Below, in pieces: positions 43,975 to 58,650 of a DNA stretch of 64,000 bases. Where the stretch lies: contig OZ024743.1 in NCBI GenBank assembly GCA_964016885.1, positions 40,486,001-40,550,000 of the forward strand, written 5' to 3'. The DNA is from Eledone cirrhosa (taxonomy: Eukaryota). The stretch's first letter is position 1. The number at the start of each line of letters is the position of its first letter. The translations under genes and the position numbers were made by a program. The notes below the pieces were generated by a model. The model ran no database searches. It had not been told where the DNA came from and saw nothing but the letters and a program-made list of their open reading frames with translations.

Positions 43975-44742
43975 GCTAGACAGACTGACAAACAGACAGA
44001 CAGTTCAAAGTATCTGGGGTGTATCAAACGTCGGTCGAACAAACGCTCCTCCTCCACAACACATAGTGAGGGTTTCTCTTTCCATTTCTTTCCTTTACAA
44101 AACTGCACTCTTTTCACATTGCCCCAATATCAATCAATTTTCCTGTGGAATAATCATGCTTTGGATCATAGTTGAAAGCTGATATTTTAGGTGCTGCACT
44201 TTTGGCAAACGTATTCAGCCTATCTTGATCAAGACGCTTACGTCTCTCCTCTGAGGATTGGCAAAGTTCTGCAGCAACTGTTTGCTCCTGTGTTTTTCTT
44301 TGCCTAAACTCTCGTTACACTATTGTCTCATTGGCAACTTTGGCAGCTTGTCTTTTGCCTTTAAACATTTTCTCTTTCCTCTTTTCATTCTTGGCCACTG
44401 CATGATGCATTTTGTTGCCGTAATTGTTCTGACTGTTTTTCTCTTGCCTCTTGAAACTCATTGGCCCTGCGTGCAGCAGCCCTACTTCGGTCACTTTCAT
44501 GCATTTGCTGACGTTGTGCAGTGGACTCTAGTGCCCTTTCTTTGGCTACCTGTACTTGCCTTTGCTGCACCGTAGAATACTGTTCTTCTGCATGTCCTCT
44601 CCTCTTTTCTTGGCTCGTTAGCAACGTCTGAAGAGCTTGTGGAGAGTGAAAACATTTTTCTCCTTGAATTCTTTTTTTTGAAATTGAAATTGGGATTAAA
44701 TGAAAAATGAGTGAAAGTTACATGAATATCTTCACAATAACA

Positions 44743-44793
<51 letters not shown>

Positions 44794-45317
44794 TACGAAC
44801 ACACAGACACATAAGCAGACGCAACGACTCGCTTCGTCAAACATTTAGAAGTACAAATTCGCGTTCGCTCTTTTGGGAATTACGAAATAATTTTTCATGA
44901 GAGAGGGCGAGTGGGAGAGAGATAGTGATTGAGTGAGAGAGAGAGAGAGGAAGGAACTATCTTTCTCTTTTTCTTCCATCACACATACAGACATACATTC
45001 ACACAAATACACACATACATTAACACACACATATACACTGACACAAACACACACATATACACTCACACTAAGACACATACATTAACACAAATACACCTAC
45101 ACAGATCGTGGTGGAAAAGGTCGAAAGTTTGTTGGCTCTGTTTTTGCCGTAGTTTTTTCACCATCCCACTTCCTCCCTTTTACACGCACATACACACATA
45201 TACTCACACAGTTGGAACGCTGTTTGATATTTTTCTTTTCGCCGTAGTATGTTCACCATCCCACTTCCATGAGGACTGACACACGGACGGACGACATTCC
45301 ACTTTCATTTACATAGA
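43975..45317 (-). mobile_element. Helitron 5' region with a decayed Rep-helicase N-terminus
   Basis: 5' TCTATGTAAATGAAAG..gtccgtccg. Frameshifted ORF from about 44655 with R/E/Q-rich repeats and DIGAM.KECSF/CKGKKWK/ETLTMCCGGG. A matching minus-strand hairpin plus CTAG end may lie at 41245-41275. Confidence 0.7.
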
Positions 45318-45521
45318 CGTGTGTATGGATAGTGGTAGATTTTAACAAATGTAGCATCAAACACTATTTTATCTGTATGTTCTTATTGTGCGGAATTTAT
45401 TTTATTCTTGTGTTCTCTTGTCACTGGTGTTGTTATTTTTATTGCAATATATTTTACTGTATATAATGTATAACATATATATATATATATACACATATAT
45501 TATAGACACACACACACACAG

Positions 45522-45556
<35 letters not shown>

Positions 45557-46759
45557 ATCTTGCAATTCAGGGGGGGAATTATTATTTTCTTTTCCTCCTT
45601 CTCATCCTCCCCTTCTTCCCCCGCTTCCTCTTTATTTTTTTTCCTCCCCATCTTCATCCTCTTCCTCTTTCTCTCAACACTATTTCATTCTCACAACCAG
45701 CTTAGTTTATGTTAAACAGATCAATTCACTGTTGCAGCTTGTACATAATATATGAACGAATATGTATTGTTGGCGTAGCTGAAGTAGGAGGTATTGTATA
45801 TAACGATGTCTAGAGTCTGAAAGTCATTATATATGGAAGAGGGTGTTTTTTAATATTTCGAGTAGATATCTTGAATAAACTGAATAAAAGAGAATTATTT
45901 CGACGCCGACAACAACCAAAACCAAAACAGCAGCAAAATTAACAAATCTCGGACAATATGCTAGCTATACAGCATGCACCCCCGTTTCTCCTGCTTCATT
46001 GTGCTCAAGCGATTGCCCATACAATATAGGCACAATTTCTGAAATTGTTAGGTACATGTTATAAATGCTCGAAACTTCTGTGTAGATCTTTTAAAGGTCT
46101 TGCGTTTTTTATAAGGTGGTATCAGTTTTCCGTGAATTGTGGTAAATTTTAAACGGGTGCTTTAATATTTGGTTGTTCGTATAAGATTTCCGCCATTGTT
46201 TTTATGATCTTATACAGGACTCTCGGCAAAATGTTCATGTAAACTATAGATTAACTATGGGCAAGATTATTATGAACTTATCAACTACCAAACCCATCAG
46301 CATTTTTCCCGGTTAAAGCACAATAAACACTGCAAGATATTACGCCTTTTATCTCCTATTATCTACCTTCCTGTAACCACTTCCTTCACACAGCTATCAT
46401 GATATATATGCATCATATGATTACACTAATGCAGAATTCTCTCTAGAACTTTACATCTGATTCTCCTTATATCCAGTTTTTCTCTCACATCTTCCGTCCT
46501 TCGTAGCTCAACCTCATTAAAGTTAAATATCCAACAGATAACACTCGCTTAATTTTTCTCTAGCCATCACATATCTTCTGCATAACTCCTACTGCTACGT
46601 AGCATCGGATTTTGCATGCAGAACTCATCCAACTGATATAGTCAGAAGTGGAATGGCAACAACCAAGCAATTGATCTCGTGAATCGTGAACTGATTCCAT
46701 TTATGTATTCATTTGATTAGTAGGGGTATTGACCGAGTTATTACGACCTCGGTATTCTT

Positions 46760-48340
46760 ACCAGTTCCCTGCGCTATGCGTTCAAATCCCACCGATGACA
46801 ACTCTGCCTTTTATCATTTCAAGGTTTCAAGTCCAGTTCTAGGGTGGATTCAATCTCCCTCTGGAAAATAGCGGTTGTGTTCCGACCTAGAGATGAGCTT
46901 CATCAGGTATAAAATACTCAGAGCACGTCCGGTATCATGATGGATTCTCTACTGCTCCACCAGCTGTTGCGGACCCTTTAACTTTTTTAGTCCCATGATT
47001 TACACATTAACCTCTCAGCTACGGGATCATATTTAACACCCTCGCGTATATGAATTAAACCAGAAGCAATAACTGCGAGGCAAAGGCTAGACTATTCTGA
47101 CATATTTCCATTGACAAATATTAATTAGTTTCGCAATAATTAGTTTTATCTGAGTATATGTACTGCACATTTTCTTTCAGAGGGTTTCACTGCGCATCGA
47201 TTAGTTTCTAGCAGCAGACTTAGAGCTGCGATTGGGAAATATTCTATCACTATGCGTACTTTGACTCACGGTCCATATGTCATGTTGGCTAATTAAGTTC
47301 TGATCAAGCTTCAGCATTACCTTTATATAAATTAATAATTATATTTATTAAGTGCTGAATTGGGCTGTGTTGTTACAGTGTAGGGCATAATTTGTTTCCT
47401 GTCTGTGCACTCTGAGTTCAAATCTTATTGGGTTCAACTTTGACTTTCATTACTTTGAGATCAGGAAGGGCAGTGAATTGGCAGTATCGGTAGAGGGTCG
47501 GACGCCATGCTTTCCAGTATAGTTACGTCCCTTTACGGTCTGAGTTCAAATCCCGTCGAGGTTAAGTTTGCTTTTCATCCTTACTGTGTAGATATAATAA
47601 AGTCCCAATAATGCACTGGGTAATTGCTGGCCGTGTGTCAAAAGTAGAAACAATTATTTTGAGATCAGTAAAATAATGTATCGTTCCCAGGTTTTGGTGG
47701 AATTGTTAAAGCATCGGATGAGATGCTCTACGTTATTTGTTGCGGCTCTCCACTTTCTAATTTTGAATTCCGATGCGGACTGCTTTGCCTTTATTTTTGT
47801 TGGGGTTCTATGAAATAATGAGCGAGTCCTGTGGAGTTGATTGGCAGAATTGTTAGAGCGTTGTATGTGATGCCTTGTGTTATTTATTTGTGCTATGTGT
47901 GCTTATATTTAATTCCTATCAAAGCAAACTTTGCATTTCCCTCATTCGGAATCGGTAAAATAAATATAGAATACAGTAGCAGTCCAGAAGGCGGATTAAT
48001 GGAATTGATAAAGCGTTGATTGAGATGGTTTGTGGTCTTTGTTCTTAGTCTCGTGCAGCTGAGATCAAATCTAGCCGAAATCATTTCTGATGAGATGCTT
48101 TCCTATATTTATTCTGGGTATTCAATTCTAATCAAGCTTCAGTAATATTTTTATAGAAATTAGTATTTACATTTATTAATCGGTGAATTGGTCAGAGTCG
48201 TTAGATTATAGACATATGTTGTTTCTGTGCTCTGTGTTCGAATTCCGGCCAATGGCATCCTTGCTTTTGGAGTCGATAAAACAAAGTATCCGTGTAGGGT
48301 GGTGGATTCCTTTCATTATTTCGGGGTTGATAAAATAACT
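46760..48340 (+). mobile_element. Array of about 6 diverged same-orientation SINE copies
   Basis: Recurring ggcagaattg..gagttcaaat..ctttgcctttcat..gataaa at about 46770, 47345, 47467, 47690, 47830 and 48180. Confidence 0.75.
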
Positions 48341-50325
48341 ACCAGCCCAGACTGGTTGAGTAACAGGGTTGTTACGGTGTTTGTTTTGTTTCCGCCTTTT
48401 AAGTTCAAACAAATCTCGCTGTTACCTACTTGGGAATTCGACTTCATCTGTCATACAATTTAGCATACGACCTGATCAACTCTATTGCAAGCGTCCAGGC
48501 CATGTTTGCGATTTGAAAATACCGTCTTCCTCTCCCGCTCTTCTTCTTATCGGTATTGGAGGACCTGAAAATCATCGTGAGCACTGCAGTGTACTCTAAA
48601 AAAAAATAGAGCATAACCAATTTTCATCAACCGGCCAGTACTCTCTGTATTTTGACGCCGGAACACGAAAAACAAATTCTCACGCAGATTCTACATCATA
48701 GGTTTTTATGCTAAGTGAAACGCTGATGATGAAGTTGTTGATGCTGTTGGTGTTGTTGTTTAACCCAACGCTATTCCCTATGAAGCAGGTCTAAGTACTA
48801 TCGCGCGTGACATACCCGTTTATAATTTGTCAATAAATCTAAACCACGTATAAGAGTAGGCATTTTTTTACTGAGATTTGCTGCCTATAATAGATATGTA
48901 TACTAAAAACAAGCCATTTAAAAATATAGCATTAGATATAAATAGGCAGGCATTGTTTGATATATTTTAATACCAAATTAATACTATTATTGTTGGTTAA
49001 CATTTCTATTTACATTAGTTCCAAATTCGTAAGACAAAAAAACAAAAGTATGGTAGATAATGGATATGAGTGAAAGCATTTGTACATCTAAACTATAATA
49101 AAGTAAGGAAGGCGGGACTGCGAACGGTTTATAATTATTTATCCCATTAGTAAAATAAGTCGGATTACCTTGAATAAATAATTAATGAATATTACATAAT
49201 TTATCTACTAAATTTCGTGGCTGTTGATTAAATATATTTTATTGTTCATTTAAAGGTTCACTGATTTAAAATTTTCAAATGTCAACACTTCTGGTTAGCG
49301 ATCGCTTAAATAAACATTCATATATTTCCGTCACTAATTTTCTCCTAATGCAGTTCATATATAATATCGTCTTTTTTTAATGTATCATGGATTACGTTAC
49401 TGATTACATAAGAGAGTGTAACACAATCTTCGTTCAATGTCTGTGTATATTGTCAATTACGATTTTATTTCATGTATCATATCGACATGCATATATACTT
49501 GCGTATAATATCAAGCTAGCAGAAAACCACCCGAAAGGTGTTTTTTCTGCTACTATACAGTAATCACCGTTCAACACATCACCAATCCTCTCTTTTAAGG
49601 CTGGAATGACACGCGTTTTCGTTCAATAAAAGTGTTGTAAAGACTATTATAACATTTTCCTTCATAACAAGGATGTGTTATGTACTGCTGAGCCTTGTTA
49701 TACAAAATATGAAATAATAATGAAAATATGAAATAATTATGAAAATATGAAATAATAATTAAAATATGAAATAATTCTGCTTAGGTATATAAGATCGCGA
49801 CTTCCATTCTCATCGTGCCATTGAGCAAGGCACTTCATTTCCAGTTTGTTCACTCCATTTCAGCAATGTCTGTCTACAGTACCACCACCTTGTACTCACA
49901 GTCACGTAACGCCCATGAAACTAGCAGAAGTTGAATTTTCGGCCCAGACGCAAAGTAGTAACAGGCTAACTTGTTTTGTTTTATTCGATTTTCTTTTTTA
50001 TATTTTCATAAAGATAATCAATTTTACCTTGCGTGGTACGATATAAAATGTGTAAATATGACTACTGCTTATCATACAATGTTATAGAACATGTAGATTA
50101 GTCTATTTTGTTTCTCATTTCTATAACATATTAGCATGGACTGTAACCTTCTTCCAACTGGAATTGATCAAAACAGCAGGCGTGAAATAATGATCGATTC
50201 TATTGACTATTTTTTACCCACCCTACGTGTGGTGCACGGCCTTGGGGCTACATGCCAATACAGAAAATTGTGTTTACATCAGTGATTATGAGTATTTCTT
50301 TGTGTACACGCACACATACACAACG

Positions 50326-50620
50326 CATGGTTTAGTGTTGAGAGTATCAGGTTTACAATCGTGAGGTTTTGAGGTCAATTCTCTGACCGGGCTTTCCGCT
50401 GTGTTCTTGTTGCGCTGTCGAAACGAGCTGCGATGTCACTGGTGCGAAGTTGTATCGGCTTTTGCCTTTCTCTTGGATAACATCAGTGGCGTGTAGAGGG
50501 GGAGGCTTGAATGCATGGCTGACTACTGGTCTTCCACAAACAAGCATGCTCGGACTTGTCCCTCGGAGAGGAACTTTCTATGTTCAAATCCCATGATCAT
50601 TCGGGACCGAAGGCCGACTT
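50326..50620 (+). mobile_element. tRNA-derived SINE
   Basis: A-box-like tggtttagtgttgag and B-box-like ggtcaattc. Confidence 0.55.
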
Positions 50621-52249
50621 TACCTTATATATATGTTTTACCATATATATGTATATATGTTTATATATATATGTATATATGTATATATATATATAATCAT
50701 AATGTAATCGTTGTAAGACAGATGCCAGTTATGATATAGAGTTTACACTGATATCTGATGACATATATCCAGTTCCTTGTAAGTCTCTATCTCCCCAAAA
50801 ACTCAAAATTCATGCGATTTTTAATAGCCACAATTTCAACCTTTTCTATTCCTGCCTACACAACTTTGCGTTCTCTATCACAATGCCCAATCATAGGTAT
50901 ACACCCTACATCTGCTATCCTACATGCTTATTGTGTGTATGCGTATATATAAATCGAAATACTGTACTAAATGCTGCTCACAATTCGTTGATTAATAGAA
51001 GACACTTGTCTGATGTGCTAATCAACTTGATCGAACCTACAATCCCGTTGTTTCAAACAGAACATCGTAACTATGCAGCCATTTTGTGTTGCGCCTAAAA
51101 TAATATTTTTTTCTGTTAGACGTACGGAAAGCACTTACATTCCGTATAGATAGCAAGAAAATAACTAAATTCACGTGATGACAGCAAAGAGATGAAAAAC
51201 ATTTTCATTCGCAAAATCTGTTGTCAGTAAAACATCTGCAGTTAGTAAAAATTCTGCGAGTAAGTAAAATTACTGCTCATTTTACTATATCATATAGCAC
51301 CGCATAGATCTGGGTACTGGGCACGTTAAGAAAGTGCATGAACAAAATGACGGAGAATTTCTAAGTTCGGTGTTATAGATAAATTTATTTTTACAGGGAA
51401 AAAATGTTAGTAACATCGAGATCTCACCAAAGGTGACTTCCTTAAACTTGTGTTCAAAAGTATGTAATTCTTACAAGGAAACGTTGAAAGTGACTTCGAG
51501 ATTACGCTCGTGAGTGTCTCCGTCAGACTCGAAATAAAGTGCTTTGCTTGACGATAAAATGCGCCATCGGGAATCGCACTAAAACCTTATGATCCTGATC
51601 CCTAAACCCTAAATATACCAACTATATAACACCCCAATAAATATGTAACTTTGTAGAGGTGGGACAGATATATTCTGTTGAAATCGTGTGGAATATTGCT
51701 GTAGAGGTTGAAAAATCCAACGAAACGTTGGAGCCATTTTCAGTTGGTAGATGCTTAAGCATATCTCAATCATCTCGAATGAAGCTCCGAATGTACATGA
51801 GAAGAGAATTTTGCAAGTTGTCTCGGAAATTACATAGACGATGTGTTTCGCAAGACTGACCTGCTATAATATATTTTAATTAAATATGTGAAGGTATACT
51901 CAGGCAACTGGTCTGCGCCTTTTCGTGTACCTCATTTTTCTTGTCTATTTTAGATATTCTGTGGGTGTTACTAGTTTTATATTTAAATTTGGTAAGTTAC
52001 TATTGGATAGATGATTTCGGTGTGGTTGTAGCAAACAGTCAGTCATTTCATCATTTTGCGAAGTTCGTAATCTTTGACTACTTCATACTATGTATTGTAC
52101 AACGTTTGTGTCGTGTTTTGAGGCTATTGACTACTTGGTATACTCATTGTCGTTTGAGCTACCAGATCGTATTGACAGAAAACTAATTATAGACAGTTTT
52201 CAATTTATTTAAAACTAGCTTTTAAATGCTATATTTCCCACACTGCCTC

Positions 52250-52640
52250 CGCACTGGTTCCATATTTGCATACTGTGTCACTCTAGCTTCCCAGTGCCAT
52301 AGTGTGATACCTAGCACATCAGTGCTATAGTGTACAACCCTAACTCAGCAGTGCCATAGTGCGGCACCCTAGCTCCGAAGTGCCGCAATTTGCTACCCTA
52401 GATCCCCATTGCCGTACTACGACATCCTAGTTCCATATTTCTATACTATGTCACTCGAGCTTCCCAGTGCTATAGTGTGAAACTCTAACTCCGCAGTTCC
52501 ATAATGTGGAAGCCTGGCTCGGAAATGCCCTATTTTGCCACCCATTCTCCCCATTGCCATACTGTGACATCCGAGTTTACATATTTTCATACTATGTAGG
52601 TCAAGCTCCTCAGTGCCAAAGCTCCGCAGTGCCGTATTAT
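52250..52640. repeat. Degenerate minisatellite with a monomer of about 29 bp
   Basis: Recurring gtgccatagtgtg.caccctagctcc.ca, about 13 copies. Confidence 0.8.
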
Positions 52641-52767
52641 TAATCTGTCACTGGCCCTTATTGTTTTTAATCCGACACTTAGATTTTTAATCTGACATTT
52701 ATCTTTAACAATTTTAATTTGGCACTGACGCTTATCTTTATTAATTTTAATCCGGCACTGACGCTAA

Positions 52768-53000
52768 CCGAAGTATCGTCTTCCGGTTGCAACGTTTTTT
52801 GAAATATTTACTTCTGTGTTCACAGATTGACTTTTTTAGTTTCAGAAGATCCCGTTAAGGGTGAAAGCAGCGATACTTTGCTTAAACTTTAATCTGTTAT
52901 TTTAATAAATATTTGCTCTACGGTTCTTATATATTTGATATATATTTATCCTTAACGAGCGCTCTTTGGATTTTAGCCTTCAAATTTATTATTATTACTA
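52768..53000 (+). mobile_element. Family A pLTR fragment with HHR motif (52822-52897) and 5' leader
   Basis: Reverse complement of 2635-2880. Confidence 0.88.
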
Positions 53001-53047
53001 TATATATATATATGCGTGTGTGTTTGTAAATATACATATAACACAAT

Positions 53048-53114
<67 letters not shown>

Positions 53115-53116
<2 letters not shown>

Positions 53117-53362
53117 TTTGACCGACCAATCTCTCGGGCGCCAATCGGCGCCGCTGGTCACAGCACGTCGCATTGTTTTAGCCATAAGATAACGCCATCC
53201 CACTGACTGGGCGGGCCGGTGCTCATTTCTACAGCTGAGTAAACTGGAGCAACGTGAAATAAAGTGACTTGCTCAAGGAAAAAACACATCAGCCGGTCCG
53301 AGAATTGAACTGACAACCTTTCGATTGCAAGCCCAGTGCTCTAGCCACTAAGCCATGCGCCT
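53115..53362 (-). mobile_element. tRNA-derived SINE
   Basis: ggcgcaTGGCTTAGTGGctagagc..AGTTCAATTCtcgg (A and B boxes) followed by ccttgagcaagtcacttt body. Confidence 0.8.
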
Positions 53363-55370
53363 ATAAAGGCTTCAACCTCTCTATACAGGTTGAGGCAAAT
53401 CTCTCGGTCGTTAATTACCTCGACGTTACTCTCAATTTATCGAATCGCTTGTATTACCCGTATAGAAAGCCGAATGATACGCTTAATTACATAAGTAAGC
53501 ATTCTAACCATCCTGCCAGCATAACCAAGAACCTGGTAAGAAACGTTTCTTTGAGGCTTTCCCGTCTCTCTATTAAGAAGCATATTTTCAACGACCAATC
53601 GACATATTACAATGAAGCTCTTGCTCGGAGTGGATTTGTCGATAAGGTAGCATATACAGAGTACGAGAATAGACCTAGAAGAAATAGATCCCGATGCATT
53701 ATATGGTATAACACACCATATAGTATGGAGGTGGCCACACCATTAGCTAAGATCTTTCTATCCCTTATTACGAAGCATTTTCCCCCTACACATAAATATA
53801 GTAAAATGTTTAATAGAAATACTATTAAAATGTCTTACTCTACGACTCCTAACCTTGCACATAACATCACAGCTTCAAATTTAGCTAAACTACCTAGCCG
53901 TAGGAACACGTGCAACCCTGTAGTTAGTACTAACTGTAATTGTAGGAATCGGGTGGACTGCCCCCTATCCGGGAAATGTCTCTCTAGTAACATTGTCTAA
54001 AAATGTAAGGTTGAAACACCCTTGTCCCGTAGGGCCTACATTGGGTTAACCGCCAATAGATTCAAGCAGCGTCTTTACATGCATACCCATTCTTTTCGTT
54101 ACCCTCTAAGAAGGAATATGACGTCACTTTCAGCTTATATCTGGAGTCTAAAAGACAACCACACGCAATATAAGTTACACTGGGAGATCCTAGCTAAGGC
54201 TAGATCGTATAACGGAAATAAAAGACCTTGCGACCTCTGCGCCGCTGAGGCCCTGGAAATACTCTACGCCACAGACCACATCTTAAACAAAAAATCTGAG
54301 GCAATTTCGGCTTGTAAACATAAATTGCACAAAACTTCCCTGTATCACAGCGCCACATTATACCCTAACGGATAGTACGATCTATACGCGGATATTTTAC
54401 GTCTTGATGTGGTAGGTAAGTATATGTTATATTTATAACATTAATTATTTGTATAGGTTAGTATAAACTACCTGTATGTTTTGTGAAGGTACGTATACTT
54501 TCTCGAACGTATATTTGATTGTATATGTTATGGCGTATATTTTATATATTCTGGTACATATGCTTTGGTTATGTGTATACGTGAGTTTTGCGTCTGTGTG
54601 AGTATGCGGGTTCGTACGTAAGTAGAGTGTGTGTATATGTGTACTTCGTGCTTTGGTTGACGTACGTCTCCGAACATATGTGTATTTACATGTAGGTATG
54701 TGTGTGCACTTGTTATATACGTATTTATTTATATACGTTTATTTAATTATTTGTATACACGCACACACATACACACATATTTATATGTGCGTGTATTTGT
54801 ATACCTATGGCGAGTGTTTTCGCGTATGCTTGTGTATGTACGTATATGGATACGTGTTGTATTTATTTAATTTCAATTACCTCTGTATTTTATTTACTTT
54901 ATTCTTAACTCTGAAGCCGAGAATCATTCGGTTTCCTAGTTAGAATGTTAGTCTATGACTTCAGTTATACCATTTACGTGGTTTTGTCTTTGCGTGCAAT
55001 TGTTCTCCCCGCTCCACATATGACGTGTTATCTTCGTGTTTTCCGTTCATTGCCAGAGAAGGTCTCTATGAACCATCTAATAGAATATTGTCTACGATTT
55101 CTTTATACCATAAACGTGGTTTTGTCTTTGCGTGTAATTGTTTTTCACCGATCCAAATAATGACGTATTATATTCGTTTTTTTCCGTTCTTTGCCAGGGA
55201 ACGTTTCCACGAACCAAAATATCGTCTTCCTGTCTTCCTCCAGTTGCCACGTTTTTTGAAATATTCAGTTCTGCGTTCACAGATTGACTTTGTTAATTTC
55301 AGAAGATCCCGTTAAGGGTGAAAGCAGCGATTCATTGCTTAAATTTTAATCTGTTATTTTAATAAATATA
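53363..55370 (+). mobile_element. 5'-truncated family A PLE
   Basis: ORFs 53449-54000 (thumb, CNCRNRVDCPL) and 54022-54375 (AYIGLT, CDLC), split by one stop; full pLTR. Confidence 0.93.
55279..55354 (+). ncRNA. Variant hammerhead-like motif, family A, with compensatory stem I change
   Basis: aattt/aaatt replaces agttt/aaact. Confidence 0.68.
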
Positions 55371-55475
55371 TATAGGAATATACTCACTTATTTCCTAATG
55401 TTTGTTGAGTGAGTTGGAACTTAGCCGGAGAATCGGTAAAAAGCTTTCTCCGATAATGTTTTATATATATATATA

Positions 55476-55716
55476 TTAGAAAGTGAGGGTTTTTTTACAA
55501 AATGAAAAATAACCGAGGTGTCCTACACGAGTGAAAGTATAAAGAAAAAGAGATGAAATCGAAAATGCAACTGGAGTCTTATTTTTTTTTTTATTTTTTT
55601 TTTTTTAAATCTATATATTTATTTGGTTCCTTTACCGGTTTCGCAGTTCTTCTGCTTTTCAAAAGGTGAGTTGAGAAGATGGAGGGTCTGTGGATTTTAA
55701 AACCCCACTTTCTAAC
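55476..55716 (-). mobile_element. Inverted pLTR with U3-A8 hammerhead (55629-55666)
   Basis: Matches 5036-5240; cctt TTGAAAA gcag..ctgc GAAA ccgg TA aagg. Confidence 0.82.
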
Positions 55717-55730
55717 ATATATATATATAT

Positions 55731-56613
55731 ATATAAGCCCACGGACTCCAAGCAATACCTCCCCTTCAACTCTTGCCACCCTAGACACGTTAAAATTAAT
55801 ATTCCCTACAACTTAGCCAAGAGAATCTGTACTATAGTCTCCAATAAAAACATCTGCTACTTACGGCTACAAGAACTAAAGGACACACTCATAGGCAGGG
55901 ACTACCCTGCATCACTAATTCACAATGGAATCCAGCGTGCCCTAAAACTCACTACCCAGGACCTTAGACACCCTAAAGTAAATCAACCAAAACTAAAAGC
56001 TCTTCCATACATCTCCACACACAACCCCCTCAACAATGAGGCCTTTGACACCATCCTCCAGAACATCCCTGTATTGAAAAAGGACCATAGAATGAACCAA
56101 ATTCTACGAACACACGATATCATTTTGAGCAAAAGACAATCCAAGTCAATGAAAAACATCTTAACACATACCAAAGTACTGCCAACCACAACAACGAAAC
56201 CCACAGTAAAAAAATGCGATAGACCCAACTGTGGCATTTGCATCAACCTAATAGAGGGTTCGGAATTCTATTTCAAAGATGGACAACGTTTTATAGTAAA
56301 ACACAATTTCACATGTGCATCGGAAAATCTAATATATGTATTAACTTATTCAGGTTGTCGAGAACAATACATAGGCCAGACCAAAAACAGCCTCCGCCAA
56401 CGCATGACTGTCCATAGATCCCAAATTAAAATACGGGAATACAGGAAAATACCACTGAGTGAACACATTGATACCTGTGCCGCCCAAAATCATCCCAACT
56501 TCAGAATCTTTCCCCTCTACAAATTTAAAGATAATGCCACCCACAGCCAGCGCATCAGCAAGGAATCTTACTTCATTAACAAATACGGACCCCGTCTAAA
56601 CACTTCTCCCTAA
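55731..56613 (+). CDS. 5'-truncated but open Neptune-like PLE ORF (RT thumb, Cys linker, GIY-YIG)
   Basis: YKPTDSKQYL..SCHP, CDRPNCGIC, NLIYVLT..QYIGQT..RMTVH..E..LN. About 290 stop-free codons. The listed ORF start at 55690 is read-through from the flank. Confidence 0.88.
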
Positions 56614-58009
<1,396 letters not shown>

Positions 58010-58066
58010 TATTTGGAGTAGATATACAATATTAATAAATGGAAACTATATTTATAAAACCATATT

Positions 58067-58131
58067 TATTTCATTATATATATTTCAAGGATACCAAGTT
58101 AAATCATAGTATGCCTTCATCGGACAAAATA
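58067..58131 (-). ncRNA. Hammerhead copy (CCGAUGA)
   Basis: Reverse complement of 58139-58203 with U4 changed to C. Confidence 0.65.
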
Positions 58132-58138
58132 TATATTG

Positions 58139-58203
58139 TATTTTGTCTGATGAAGGCATACCATGATTTAACTTGGTATCCTTGAAATATATATAATGAA
58201 ATA
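58139..58203 (+). ncRNA. Type I hammerhead
   Basis: tattttgt CTGATGA aggcatacca..tggtatcctt GAAA tatata TA atgaaata. Confidence 0.85.
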
Positions 58204-58261
58204 AATATGGTTTTATAAATATAGTTTCCATTTATTAATATTGTATATATATATATATATA

Positions 58262-58429
58262 TAGTAATAATAATAAATGGGAAGACTAAAATCCAAAGAG
58301 GGCTCGATAAGGATAAATATATATCAAATATATAAGAACCGTAGAGCAAATATTTATTAAAATAACAGATTAATGTTTAAGCAAAGAATCGCCGCTTTCA
58401 CCCTTAAGGGTGAAAGCAGCGATTCTTTG
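58262..58429 (-). mobile_element. Family A leader/pLTR fragment ending in a 48-bp hairpin
   Basis: Matches 2635-2780, then folds back at ttaa. Confidence 0.85.
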
Positions 58430-58605
58430 ATTTCTATGAATATAAACTCGATAAAACCGTGAACTAGAGAATAAAGACCATCAAACCTGGTTGAAATGTG
58501 AGCGAGGAAGGAATTTCGCACAGGTCTAACGGGGGGGGAAGAAGAAGGGGTCTGGTCTGCGAATTCGGTAAACATAAGTTCTGTGAAGACGCAGACGAGA
58601 GAGAG

Positions 58606-58649
<44 letters not shown>

Positions 58650-58650
<1 letters not shown>

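Larger units (their letters stand above)
58022..58248. mobile_element. Small fold-back consisting of two outward-facing hammerheads
   Basis: Arms 58022-58131 and 58139-58248 are near identical. Confidence 0.88.

Noticed and set aside
51580-51615. Telomere-like ccctaaaccctaaa
   Set aside because: Only two units, which is expected by chance.
51954-51991. Possible 38-nt micro-exon (tttag..gtaagt)
   Set aside because: Splice-like signals alone are common, the length is not a multiple of three and there is no other support.
53290-53362. tRNA gene
   Set aside because: It has A and B boxes but continues into a SINE body and lacks a convincing cloverleaf.
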